Below, in pieces: positions 1 to 12,008 of a stretch of DNA of 64,000 nucleotides. Position 1 is the stretch's first letter, and each line of letters begins with the position of its first letter. Made by a program: the position numbers and the translations under genes. The notes beneath the pieces were generated by a model. The model did not search any database, was not told the DNA's origin, and saw nothing but the letters and a program-made list of their open reading frames with translations. The stretch is from Octopus vulgaris (lineage: Eukaryota): NCBI GenBank assembly GCA_951406725.2, contig OX597831.1, positions 53,444,001 through 53,508,000 of the forward strand. The letters run 5' to 3'.

Positions 1-465
1 TCCCCGGCTCTACAGTAATAAACACAAATTTCTAGTATTCAAAGCAAGTACAATGTATTATCCTATTTTTAAAAGCTTTTCAAATTGGTTACTACATATT
101 CTTGATTCTAGGAGAGTACTCGTGTAACAAGAAGCTTCATACTGTGCACTACTTTGCAAATAATTTGTCTCTAGTACCATGATCCAGATTGAACTGAGGG
201 ATTTCTCGTTTCTACCATGATAGCAACAAATTTTTCTGTGCACAGGACAATTATGCTGTTATAAAAAGAAAGAGTATATTGATTCTTAAAGCTTCTCGTC
301 TGGTTTCCCTGTACAGTTGACAATCACTTGAATTTGAAAGGCAAATTTGAATGGATATATTATTTTAGAAATTACAGACCACAGTGATTTCTCTAGTGTG
401 TTTATTGCATAAACACTGCAATGTGCCATTTACAACTATGGTTAGATGCAGCAACTTAAAGCCAC

Positions 466-1026
466 ACAGCCTATTATATTCCTACCGCTCTATGTCATGC
501 TGGTGAGACCCATATTGGAGTACGGGATTCAAGCTTCTTCTCCTTATCTCCTCAAAGACATACAGCATCTCAAAAGAGTCCAGAAGCTGGCTACCCGCAT
601 GGTTCTTGGTCTCAAGAATTTGTCTTATGAAGAAAGGCTGAAGATGCTCGACCTTTATTCTCTAGAAAAATGATGACGCCGTGGTGATTTCATTCTTGCT
701 CACAACATCATAAGCGGAAAGTGTAACCTCTCGAAAGAGCTGTTCTTCACTCCTGCTCCAGAGCGTTGGCTGTGGGGTCACTCCGAAAAGCTCTATCTGC
801 GACGATTTCATCTCAATCGAAGGAGAGGGGCTTTCTCTATCTGGGTTGCGGATCTGTGGAATAAGCTGCCGGACGAGATAGTGAAGATGCTGATGATCGC
901 TCAGTTCAAAGTCTCCCTTGACCACAAATGGCCTGAACTCTTTGCATGAACACCACCCTGTACATAACTCCATGTCCCCCTACATGGCCTTGCTTTTTGA
1001 GCCAAAAAATTAACTTAACTTAACTT
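466..1026 (+). mobile_element. CR1-clade LINE, 5'-truncated 3' end (in QDPR intron)
   Basis: LVRPILEYG...LKRVQKLATRMV.GLKNLSYEERLK.LDLYSLE, then stops and a frameshift, then ...WNKLP..IV...FK..LD. Ends in a (TAACT)n tail. Confidence 0.9.
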
Positions 1027-1814
1027 ATATCTTCAGTAGTTATTACAAGTCACATGGCCTTTGACAGGCTGCTTGCTCAGTACTTTGGTTAAATGCAACA
1101 ACTATACAATTCTATGCATTATAATGTCTGTAGTCATTAATTGTAAATCTTTTGACAGATTGCAAACACAAGGCTGATTTCTCAGAATTGTTTAATTTCT
1201 AAGTAATCATCTTTTTGTTCTATGGCAACAAATATACTTTTCTGTTGTATTTTACTGAACGATTTGTTTGTTACTAGTTCAATGAGTTATGTTAAGTTTA
1301 AAAATAGCTCTTTCTACTACAGACATAAGACATGAAATTTTTTGGATGGACGCTAGTCCAGTATATCAACCGCAGTACTCAACTAGTGCTTATCGACCCC
1401 GAACAGATGAAAGGAAAATTCGACCTCGCCAGAATTTGAAATGAGAACATATAGGCGGAATAAACGATTCTTCCTGCTCGTCGCTTTTGTTGAAGTTAAA
1501 ATAAGGACCTTATCCAGAGTTGTCCCCCGTTGTTACTCGGAAACTTAAAATAAAGTATCAGTCGAAGACAGAACCTCTAAGTGGTCCCTCCAACAACATA
1601 AAATAGCTAAATTTCCCTCATATCACAACTTGCTATCTTAAAAAAAATAATAATACATTAGATAAGGTAATTGTAGATATATTATGACTGAAATGCAGAA
1701 AGACAGGGGAGCCATGATTGAAGCACCTATGATCATAATTCTGTCAGAGCTGTCCAGATGTTAAGCAGCAATAACATCCACCACTTGGAATAGGCCTATA
1801 TTATAGAATATAAC

Positions 1815-2031
1815 AAGGTGGCAAGCTGGCAGAAACGTTAGCACGCCAGGTGAAATGCTTAGCGATATTTCATCTGTCTTTATGTTCCGAGTTTAAATTC
1901 CATGGAGGTTGACTTTGCCTTTCATCCTTTCGGGGTTGATAAATTAAGTACCAGTTGTGTACTGTGATCATCTAATCGACTGGCCCTCTCCCCCCCAAAT
2001 TTCGGGCCTTGTGCCTAGAGTAGAAAAGAAT
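1815..2031 (+). mobile_element. tRNA-derived SINE family A (representative copy)
   Basis: Head ggtggcaagctggcagaa, B-box-like gagtt(c)aaattcc, conserved core gcctttcatcctttcggggttgataaattaagtaccag. Other copies near 1310(-), 7246, 7482, 19039, 19177(-), 19516, 24560(-), 31786, 37697, 46585(-), 47178(-), 53860(-), 59566(-) and many at 60260-63790. Confidence 0.85.
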
Positions 2032-2915
2032 AGGCAGACTCTGTACCAGATGACTGGATGTGGTTTAAGGAATATCTCCAGAGGCTCAATGTCATCTTGG
2101 AGGATGCAAAGAGGCTGGCATGGGACTGCCAGCAATGTGGGGCACTGGTGGGTCTGGTCAGTTCTAAGCAGGATGTCTCTGGGATCACTAACCTGGGATG
2201 ACCCTAACCCCATCAAGCAAGAGCATGAAGTAAGCAAGCTAGATCTGGCCTCTCACACCTACTCTACAATATCATTCTAAAAATTTAGTCACATCATCAA
2301 AATCTCAGTTATGAGATATTCTTTTACTTGTTTAAGTCCTTTAACTGTGGCTATGCTGGAGCACCACCTTATAGGGTTTTTTAGTCAAAGAAATCAACCA
2401 CAGGACTTATTCTTTGTAAGCCTGGTCTCTTTTGTTGAACCCTAAGTTACAGGGACATAAACATACCAACATTGGTTGTCAAGCGATGGTGGGGGGGACA
2501 AACAAAGACATAAATATATGTATACACAAACACACATGACAGGCTTCTTTTCAAATTCCATCTACCAAATCCACTCACAAGGCTTTCGTCGGCCTGAGGC
2601 TATAATAGAAGACACTTGCATAGGGTGCAGTGGGACTGAACCTAGAACCATGTGGTTGGGAAGCAAGCTTCTTATCATGTGGCCACACCTATGATAAATT
2701 CAAAACAATGTGAATAAAAAAGCATTACATTTGACAGAATTATTGGAATGCTTCATACATCAAAAATGGTAACCCTCATCTCTCAGTATTTATTTAACCT
2801 AAACCACTTGAAGGTTAAATATCATTACACACACAAAAAAAAAAATAAACATTTTAAAGTTATATTTTCAAATAGTTCCCAATTTGATGTTAGTTTGTAT
2901 TTTTTAAAATTAATA

Positions 2916-3201
2916 CTAGCAGTATCGCTCGCTCGGGTTTGTAAGGGAAATAACTATATAAGCATTTTTAGAGAGTTACTTCCCTTATATAAACTGAGCA
3001 AAAAATGCGGAAAAATGATGGTAAATTTTTTTTTAAATCATAGACTCACCATAGACGCGCACTAATACCCAGAAGGGTTTAATATGAATCACGACTATAA
3101 GATACCCTCTTTTGGTTAAACTGCACCACAAAATGTGGGAGTAGTTAGGAATCTAAATCGGAGTAGACAGACACTCACAACTTCAGTTTTATATATCAAG
3201 A
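2916..3201 (-). mobile_element. Non-autonomous Helitron
   Basis: On the minus strand it starts TC(ttgatatataaaa) and ends with a GC-rich subterminal motif plus CTAG. It sits between A and T with no TSD. Confidence 0.7.
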
Positions 3202-3240
3202 TTATTTTTATTCTTTCAATGTTTCATATTCATTTTTCAG

Positions 3241-3324
3241 TGTAGTCCTAGATACGCCAAATAACAGGAAATGGATGGCCAAAGCTGACCAAACGACTTG
3301 GACATCAATGGACTTTGTGTCTGA
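3241..3324 (+). CDS. QDPR: Dihydropteridine reductase, penultimate coding exon (84 bp)
   Basis: Polypyrimidine acceptor (catttttcag, ending 3240) and donor GA|gtaagt (3325). Translates (phase 2) as VVLDTPNNRKWMAKADQTTWTSMDFVSE, matching the human QDPR segment [28 protein letters not shown]. Upstream exons lie outside the window. Confidence 0.93.
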
Positions 3325-4561
3325 GTAAGTAGAGCCATTAACATTTTCACCACCATCATTTATTGGTTCATTAGCCCGTTTGTCACCTGCTAAATGGGGG
3401 GTCATGTCAGGGGTTTGTTTGTAGGTGAAATTAGGGTTTCATTCTCTATCATGGCCTGTTTATCAAAACCATAGCAGCAACAACATATGAACTGAAGTTT
3501 TCTGTTTCATAACAACCATCTTTTTCACTGGTTTCAGTCATTGGACTGTAGCCATGCTTGGGTACCATCAAGAAAGATTTTTGTTGAACAAATTGACCCA
3601 TGTACTCATTATTGTAAGTGTGATGCTTATTCTGTTAGTCTCTTCTGTTGAACTGTGAGTTATAAGGATATAAACAAACCAACACCTGTTAAGCAGTGTG
3701 TGGACACTCACGCACACACAATAGGCTTCCACTCAGTTTACATCTATCAAATTCACTCACGAGGCATTGGTTGGCCCAGGCTATAGTAAAAGATGCTTAC
3801 GGAAGGTGATGCACAGTGGAATTGAACCTGAAGCCATGTGGTGGCAAAGCAAGTTTAACCACACAGCCATGCCTGGTTACCTTTAGATTTAATTTTTGTA
3901 GTAAAACAAATAATTTGGGGATGACAGTCGAAGAACTGTAGTATACTTTATAATTGTCAGTGAAACATTTGTAATAAGATAATTTTTCAGACTGTCTAAC
4001 ATCATTTAAAGAAAAAATTTACATTTGGGTCCTAATTCAGTCAGTTTCAGCTCCAAACATCATCTTGTTCCATTTCTGGATGTGTACATTGTACCAGACT
4101 AGATTTGAACTAGGAACTTTTTTGTTTACTAAGAACTATGTTCTTATCCACTAGGCTACTGGTGCATGTAAATCACACAGATCATGCCAGTGGAAGCATT
4201 TTAACCTGAATCATGAAGGTAACAGTTTGAAAAATTTGTTATAATTTGCAAGTTAACTTTGTATATTATCTGTGATGTATGGGTTATTATTTCAACTGTA
4301 AATGACCCTGTTACCTAACAATTGTCACCAAAGGAGCCTCTATCTAATCACTCTACCTACTAGAAATGGTAACCAGCCTTACATCAAATAACACCCACCT
4401 ACCATGCTGATGGTGACACTTTGTATAGCATTGGTTTAGATATGTAATGCTTGAGGGCCAGTCATGGCTGAAGTACCTTCCATCATTGATCTACTCAGTC
4501 AGCTGACCTGAGGCTAAACAACAACAACAGCAATTTTAGATTTTCTATCTTTTTGTTTCAG

Positions 4562-4661
4562 GCTCTTCTATAAATGGTGCATGGACAAGGAACGCCCTGC
4601 CAATGGAAGCTTGGTGAAAATGGTCACCAAAGACGGGAAAACAGACTTGGTCCTTTGCTAA
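4562..4661 (+). CDS. QDPR: Dihydropteridine reductase, last coding exon
   Basis: Acceptor ttttgtttcag ends at 4561. Splices in frame with the previous exon to give E-LFYKWCMDKERPANGSLVKMVTKDGKTDLVLC* (TAA 4659-4661). Compare the human C-terminus [34 protein letters not shown]. Confidence 0.93.
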
Positions 4662-6680
4662 ATACTACTACCACTACAGGAAAACAGGCTTGGTCCTTTG
4701 CTAAGTACTGTGATGGGTTTGCTCTCAAATGGTTCACGATATAATGGAATAACCAACATACCAGTAGCTTTACAATTATTTTCTGATAATGGAGTCTGAA
4801 AATTCTTTTCAATGATTGTGCAATGTTTGTAATTGTATGCTAGAGGAAGTCTGTTAATGTCACCTGCGTGCCTAGTTCTCATTCCCTTCATCTCCATCAT
4901 ACTGTTAAATAGTTTTGTAAGGGATTGCATGTTAAAAATTTGCTCCTAGTCTTATCTATTTTAGTCCTATTTTGACCCCTGTCTAAGCAAGAGGTATCTT
5001 ATATGAATTTGCCTGTAAGCTGTGAAGTGAATAGCACTGCTTCATTAGTAGAGAATCAAATGGAATATAAGGATAGAGGCATATAAGGTTGTGACTTCAT
5101 ATTGTTCCATGTAATTGATAGAATTCTGTATTCACTAATGCATAACTTAATGGCAAGAATTTACAAGCTAAAAGTTGTGTTTGCCTTATAGATGATCATA
5201 TATATAACAAAAAAAAATTTAACCTTTTATTTTACTATATTCCTTACTAAAATACATCCTTATGTGTTTCATTTCAATTCTAAAATGTATTATGTAGCTT
5301 ACTAAAAGACCCTAATTATATCAATGTCTTAATTTCATTCAGTTTGTTCTCCTTTTCCCTCTGTTAACATTTCTCATATGGACTAAGCTCTGCCATTATC
5401 ATCTAAAATCACTAATTAGAATAAGCAAAAGTAAATAACCATTGAGTTTTGTGTCATGAAGATGAACGATTGAGTCTGTTTGCTTTCTTCTGAAAATTTT
5501 GAGAAAGAGATACATTTGAAAGCTTTCTTTCCCATTCAGTCTCTTTCTAGAAACAATTACTTTTAACACTGCTGTCCAACGATGTTTGCATCATTGGAAA
5601 CTTCAAAGTCTACCTTTTATTCACTGCAGAGTTGCTACTACTAAATATGAGGCTTATATAATTTTACAAAAATGGACAAATTGTTATTGAAATATGGGAA
5701 AATGATAAAAGTATCTCCAACGTTTGGAAGAATTAAAATTCTTGTCTAAAAATGTTGGGCAGTGTACATCAAGTGTTTATCTAGTGAAATCATGCCATCC
5801 ATCACTTATGCAGTTAAAATATTTACATCAGGATTTTGATGTAAATTTGAGTAGGTAGATTTGGGCAATCTCAGGTACTTTGGTCTTTTATGATAATGGG
5901 TTAAGAAAAGGATTTAACTCTTGAAATATAAATTCTTCAAAGGCAACTATTTTATCTTTCCTGCTGCTAATTATTGATTCTTGTTAATTATTGGAGCTGA
6001 CATTTTCAGAAACACCCTAGTAACTATATTTTCATGCTATTGTAGTTTAGTTGATCTGTTACATATTTTTTCTCACTACCTTTTTTCGTACATATATGAC
6101 AAAACTACTGAAAAAAAAAATTAGTGAGAATCCATGGTGGTTCACATCTAAGATTATTTCATTAAAAACAGGCTGGAAAGAGAATAGAAAATTTTAGATT
6201 TAGAAACTCGACAGAAACAATATCTTTTAGGGGTTTGATACAGAGATGCAATTTTGGTGTGGTTCACTAGGTCTCAAACTTTCATTAGCTATATAACTTT
6301 ATTTCTTTTTTAAATGAAAATAAAGGGCTTTTCTTTTCAAATTGGGATAAATATTGATTTCATAAATGTTGAAATATTTAGGTTGTCAAATTGTTACATA
6401 TTTTTCAATGGTTAGTATAATCACTTGCTTTGTTTCAATTCTTGTATGTGTGCATCTATCTAAGAATGTTTGTGTACATACATACCACATACATAAACTA
6501 TTTCTGTTCTAATTTGTCTAGAATGATTATGCGTTATATATACTTGATAATTCATTAATGTGCCAAAAGTGTGTTTGCAGGCATTTCTTCTTTGTGCTTC
6601 TTCAGCATATTATTATTATTATTAGTTGATAAATAGTTTTCTGTGGAGTAATAAAACATAATTGCTTTGTGTAATTAGTA
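4662..6680 (+). other. QDPR: Probable QDPR 3' UTR with candidate poly(A) signals
   Basis: About 2 kb of AT-rich sequence with no recognisable TE, unlike the rest of the window. AATAAA at 6319-6324 and 6650-6655, the latter followed by T/GT-rich sequence. The end point is inferred. Confidence 0.5.
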
Positions 6681-9524
6681 ATTTAGTTCTTGCAATTCTG
6701 GGCATTAAAAAGAAAATGTCCTATATTTGAAATACAAAGCTGGAATACTGATGTTTGAATTAACTCCACTGTCCCAAACAAACAATAATTTGAAAGATCA
6801 TAAAGAAAATTCTCACACTATTGAAGAGACATGATCATTTGCAAGAGAAGCATTTATGTTATTCTTTCAGAATTATTTTTATGAGCTCTGGTGTTATATA
6901 TATAAAAATAACATCAAAAATATTATAGATTTCACATTTTTTTCTTTTTTGACTGTAATAAGTTTTTACAAGACAAAATTAAATATTTTGTCTTGCAACC
7001 TTAATTCTGTGGAAATTCTTTTATATAATAATAATTAAAAAAAAATGATAATTACAATTTATAAACTGTATTTCTTTTTACTGTGTACATTGTCTGTTAT
7101 GTAACTGATTATGAAATTCACTTTGAGCTAGCAGTTTCGGAAAAATAATTCAAATTTTTTTTTTCAGTTTTTAATCCTGAAAAAATATTGCATATCTGGC
7201 ACATACATAAAGTTATTAAATATGCAAGCCATTATTATTATTGCTAAGGTGGTGAGCTGGTACAACCGTTATCATGCTGGGCAAAATGCTTAGCATTTCA
7301 TCCATCTTATGTTCTGTGTTCAAATTCTGCCTAGGTTGACTTTACCTTTCATTATTTTGAGGTCGATAAAATAAGTACTGGTTGAAATCTGGGGTCGATG
7401 TGATCGACTTACCTCATTCCCCAAAATTGCTGGCCTTGTGCCAAAATTTGAAAATGTTATTACTCTTATTATTGTTATTATTAAGGTAGTGAGCTGGCAG
7501 AATTGTTAGCACACCAGAACAAAATGCTTGGCAGTGTTTTGTCTCTCTACATTCTGAGCTCAAATTCTGCTGGGGTCAACTTTGCCTTTTGTCCTTTCTG
7601 GGACCAATAAAATAAGTACCAGTTGAGCACTAGGGTTGATGTAATTAACTCCCAGTCCCCAAATTTCTGGCCTTGTGTTTATAGTAGAAAGGGATATTAA
7701 TTTTTAGAACTCTTTGTAATAAATTTATTTTAAAGAATGGTCTTTTATTATTCATTTTTCTTCGAGGGCATATCCAAACCACTAACATGTTTTATTGCCC
7801 CTCCATTTTCAATATAAATTACCCTCCTAAACAATATTATACATTCCGGATTTTATATTTTACAATGACTTTCAAGAAATCATATTCTCTAACTGAAATA
7901 TAAGTCTCTTTATATAAAAACTCTTCATATCTTGGAGATAAATACATATTTTTAAGAAATTGTTAATCCTCCAATGTTGAATTAATTCAAATATTTCCTC
8001 TATTTTCATTGTATGAATCCTAAATACTACCTGAAAAGAAATAGACTGGTGCTTATATATAAAACCTCTGATTTAGTTATGTTGAAAAGGGTTTTCCCTA
8101 TTCTCTTGTCTGTGAAGAGTTATAGATTATGCCAAAAAAAATATATATATATAAATTGTTCTAAATTTGAAAGTTCATCACAGTCATTACTTGTATTTTT
8201 CACATAGTTGTTATTGAAAGTGGAATTAGCTGTTGCAGTGAAATTGTGTAGCTTCAAAATTTGCTGTGAAAAAAAATGAGCACTATTTTTATAGTTATCA
8301 GGCAAAATACTGCCATTAAATATTGCTGTCAGTGAAAAATTTCCTGATTTATTGATAATTAAATAAGTTTTATTACTGTGGACAAAATAAGTTTATAATA
8401 TTTGATAAGGTAACACTGTAAATCCACATGACCCTGCTAAATTTGGGCATTTATTAAAATTAAGTTCAGTTAACTTAATATAAATGATTTATCATTATCT
8501 AAAATAAATTTTTTTTTTTTTTATTTACCTTCAAATATTTTGGCAGCTGAATTCTTAAATATTGAATACAATTTTCTTTTTGTTCAATATAATTTCATTT
8601 TTACTTGTTTCCAATTTCTGAAAATGTATAAGGTTGTTTCAAATATTTCTAATACAATCCTTAATTTTACAATCTAATTACTGACAGTTAATATTTAATT
8701 TTTCACTCAATATTTTTTGTTTTACTTAATTTTTTTTTTCGGAGGGATGACCATTCTTCATTATTTCATTCAATCTGCCACTAAAAGATTTTATTCAAAC
8801 TGATATTGAATCATGTTTTTCAAACTGCTGTTGTCTTCTTTTTTTTTTTAAACATTTTTAAAATTGAAAGTACAATTATCATATCAAATCATAAAATCAG
8901 TCAATTCACTCAGCTGTTGTTTTGTTGCTAATTGTAATTGTTCACCAATTTGATAAAATTGAAATAAATGTGATGGTGACTGACTTCTATAGCAAATCTT
9001 TGTCAATAAAGTGCAGCATTGTTGCATCAAAATTAGTGTTTTTTTCTTTCCTCAATATTTTCCTTTTTTTTTTACCTTTTAATGGCCTGTGTCAGAGACA
9101 GGTAAAAGGTACCCACTACAGTACTCTTTGGAGTGGTCGGCATTAGGAAGGGCACCCAGCCATAGAAACCAAGCCAAAACAGACTGGAGCCTGTACTGGC
9201 TCTCTAGCTTACCAAGTTCCAGTCAAACCATGCAACCCATGGAAAAATGGATGCTAAAAGATGATGATGATGGATAAGCTTGAATGACTGCAGACATGAC
9301 TGTCATTAAGAAGTTTGCTTCCCAAGCACATGGTCTTGGGTTCAATCTCACTGTGTAGCCCTTAGGGGAAATGTCTCCCATCGTATGAGGGTGGGCTGAC
9401 TATGAAGGAGTGATGCTAGAGATGTGAAATCTTACTTGCATCAATTTCAACTCTACTTAATAACTACATTGTTTCGTTCCAAGTAAACTGACATCTGACT
9501 GTTCAAAGGAGACTTCAAAAGTAA

Positions 9525-9845
9525 CTAGGAGTGACTTCTCTTGAAAATAGACAAGTACATCAAAATAAATATCAAATGGAAATGGAAGTTGTGATACCAG
9601 TGCCGGTGGTATGTAAAAAGCACCAACCGATCATGGTCGCTGCCAGCCTCCCCTGGCACCTGTGCCGGTGGTATGTAAAAAGCACCCACTACACTCACCG
9701 AGTGGTTGGCGTTAGGAAGGGCATCCAGCTGTAGAAACACTGCCAGATCAGACTGGAGCCTGGTGCAGCCTCTTGGCTTCCCAGACTCTGGTTGAACCGT
9801 CCAACCCGTGCTAGCATGGAAAACGGACGTTAAACGATGATGATG
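9525..9845 (+). mobile_element. RTE LINE 3'-end fragment (representative of many short copies)
   Basis: Same sequence as the 3' UTR of the RTE at 39890-41556, ending in (GAT)n. Related copies near 9130, 16185(-), 21080(-), 22670, 25010(-), 32160(-), 34862, 55127(-), 58730 and 62620(-). Confidence 0.8.
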
Positions 9846-11963
9846 AATATAGCATCCTTTCATCCATTTTCCATACTGACATGGGCTGGACTGTTTGACC
9901 AGAGCCGGAGAGTTGCACCAGATTCCAGTCTGATTTGGCTTGGTTTCTATGGCTGAATGCCCTTCCTAATGCCAACCACTTTACAAAGTGTGCTGGGTCT
10001 TTTTGACTACATGAGCACTTTTATAAGACACTGGCATAAGTGCTTTATCATGTGGCACTGGCGCAGGGCTCTTGAAAGACAATCCTCTCCATCGGGGCGG
10101 GTAGCATTAACATTTCTGCTGTGGTGGACGGGTCGTATGTGTCTGTGTTTGATAATCAAGACTGTGTGTTTACATCCCTGTAACTTAATAGTTCAGCAAA
10201 CGAAACCGATAGAATACGCACAGAATTTGAAAATGAAACGAAACAAAACGTGCTCGCTTCGAGTTGTTGAACTAAACACCTCAAAGCCGTGTCCTAGCAT
10301 GGCTGCATACCAATGACTGAAACAAGTAAAAGATAACGTGTTGCCAAAATGGAGATAACTCTTGCAGTGATACGAATAAATCAGTCTAAGGGAGACAATT
10401 CTTCTCTTTCTTAGTTCATTTGTAGTTGGAAGCTATCAGGTTTAAAATATCCTATTCTATTTTTATAATTAAATATTATTAGGAAATGTATAAAAAAAAA
10501 AAAATTTATGTTTAGCAGAAGTATAACCGATTTATTGTGCATAAATTTTAACAACAAAATCTTATATGGACGCCGGTTGAGAACCAATGAATTATATATT
10601 AGTTTTCACATCTTTCAGTGAGAGATAGATACATATCCTCATTTTAAATCCATTTTTGCAGGAGTTACATAGAGATTTGCCACTTGCTACGGCCCTTTCT
10701 TATCTTCATAAAGCACATCACTCACCTTTTCGTTCCCATCTCTTTCTCATCTGCAGATTACTTCAAGGATCCTTTGCCAGAGCTTTTACTCAACTGTAAT
10801 TCTTGGTGCATATCACATGCTCATACCAGCATATATCTGTTGCACATTACAACTATTTCTTTCATCTCACCAGTACTTCATTGTCCATTTACACAGACAT
10901 TACACATTCAGTGGAATATATTCAGCTTATTTCTTGCCAGCCTTCACAAATCCACTCCATTCAATGCTTAGGTTTTGCCACAATGCAACACTGCACTTTG
11001 TACATCCTACAAGCATCATATACCTACTTTTACTACAAGCTTTTTTTTTTTTTTTTGCAACAGTGTAAGGACCTGTGCGGCATTCTGTAAAATGTCCTCT
11101 CGAATTAGGTTTTTGAGCAGAACTCTATTACCTGACTCAATTGTTAGTTTTCAGAACATTGCATCCTTCAAAAATTCCATGCTTTCTAAAATTTGCCAAC
11201 ACTTCTTTTCCCTGTAAGTCTTTTTTTAACGTTTACTTTTCACTAGATTACTTGGAATTTAAGAAACCAACACCGGTTGTCAAATGGTAATGAGAAACAC
11301 ACACACACACACACACACAAACATACGACGGTCTTCTTTCAGTTTCCATCTACCAAATGTTGAATTTTTTCGGAAGGCCACGGACAGCCTTTAGAAGTGT
11401 TACGTGTTCACCATTATTCTGTAGAGAGGGGGAGAGAGAAAATACCGTATTTGATGGCATAAAAGGCGCGCGGGCTTTTTTTTTAGATACACCCCAGTTT
11501 TAGCATTGTATATTCGGGATAAAAAGATTTTAGCGCATTAAAGCTTATGGGATTGGGGCAATTTTGCTTACAGGACCCAAGAGAACTTTTTTTTTTAAAG
11601 ATGCTTTTTATATGCCATCTCATTTACCGTATCTTCACACAATTTGAAGTAAAAATAGCGAACATAATATTCCAAGGGAGACTATTATCAAGTCTTAATA
11701 TTATAGTTACCTCCCTTATTAACTTGATTGCTGTTGCTTCTTGAAATAGTGAAAAAAATTGATACTTATATATATTTGTTTGACATACCAATAAATCATT
11801 ACCCAGTTAGAAAGAATATGTAAGCATTGATTTTTGTATTTGAAATATGATCCAAGTTTACTCGATACCGGATATTTTTCAATGAAATTTTCTATAAATA
11901 CGTTTCAGGTGGTGTAGATTCCGATTATATCGGAAAATTATTACTTATGTAACACGTATGAAC

Positions 11964-12004
<41 letters not shown>

Positions 12005-12008
<4 letters not shown>

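Noticed and set aside
11443-11470. pogo/Tc1-like terminus taccgtatttgatggcataaaaggcgc
   Set aside because: No convincing matching second TIR found.
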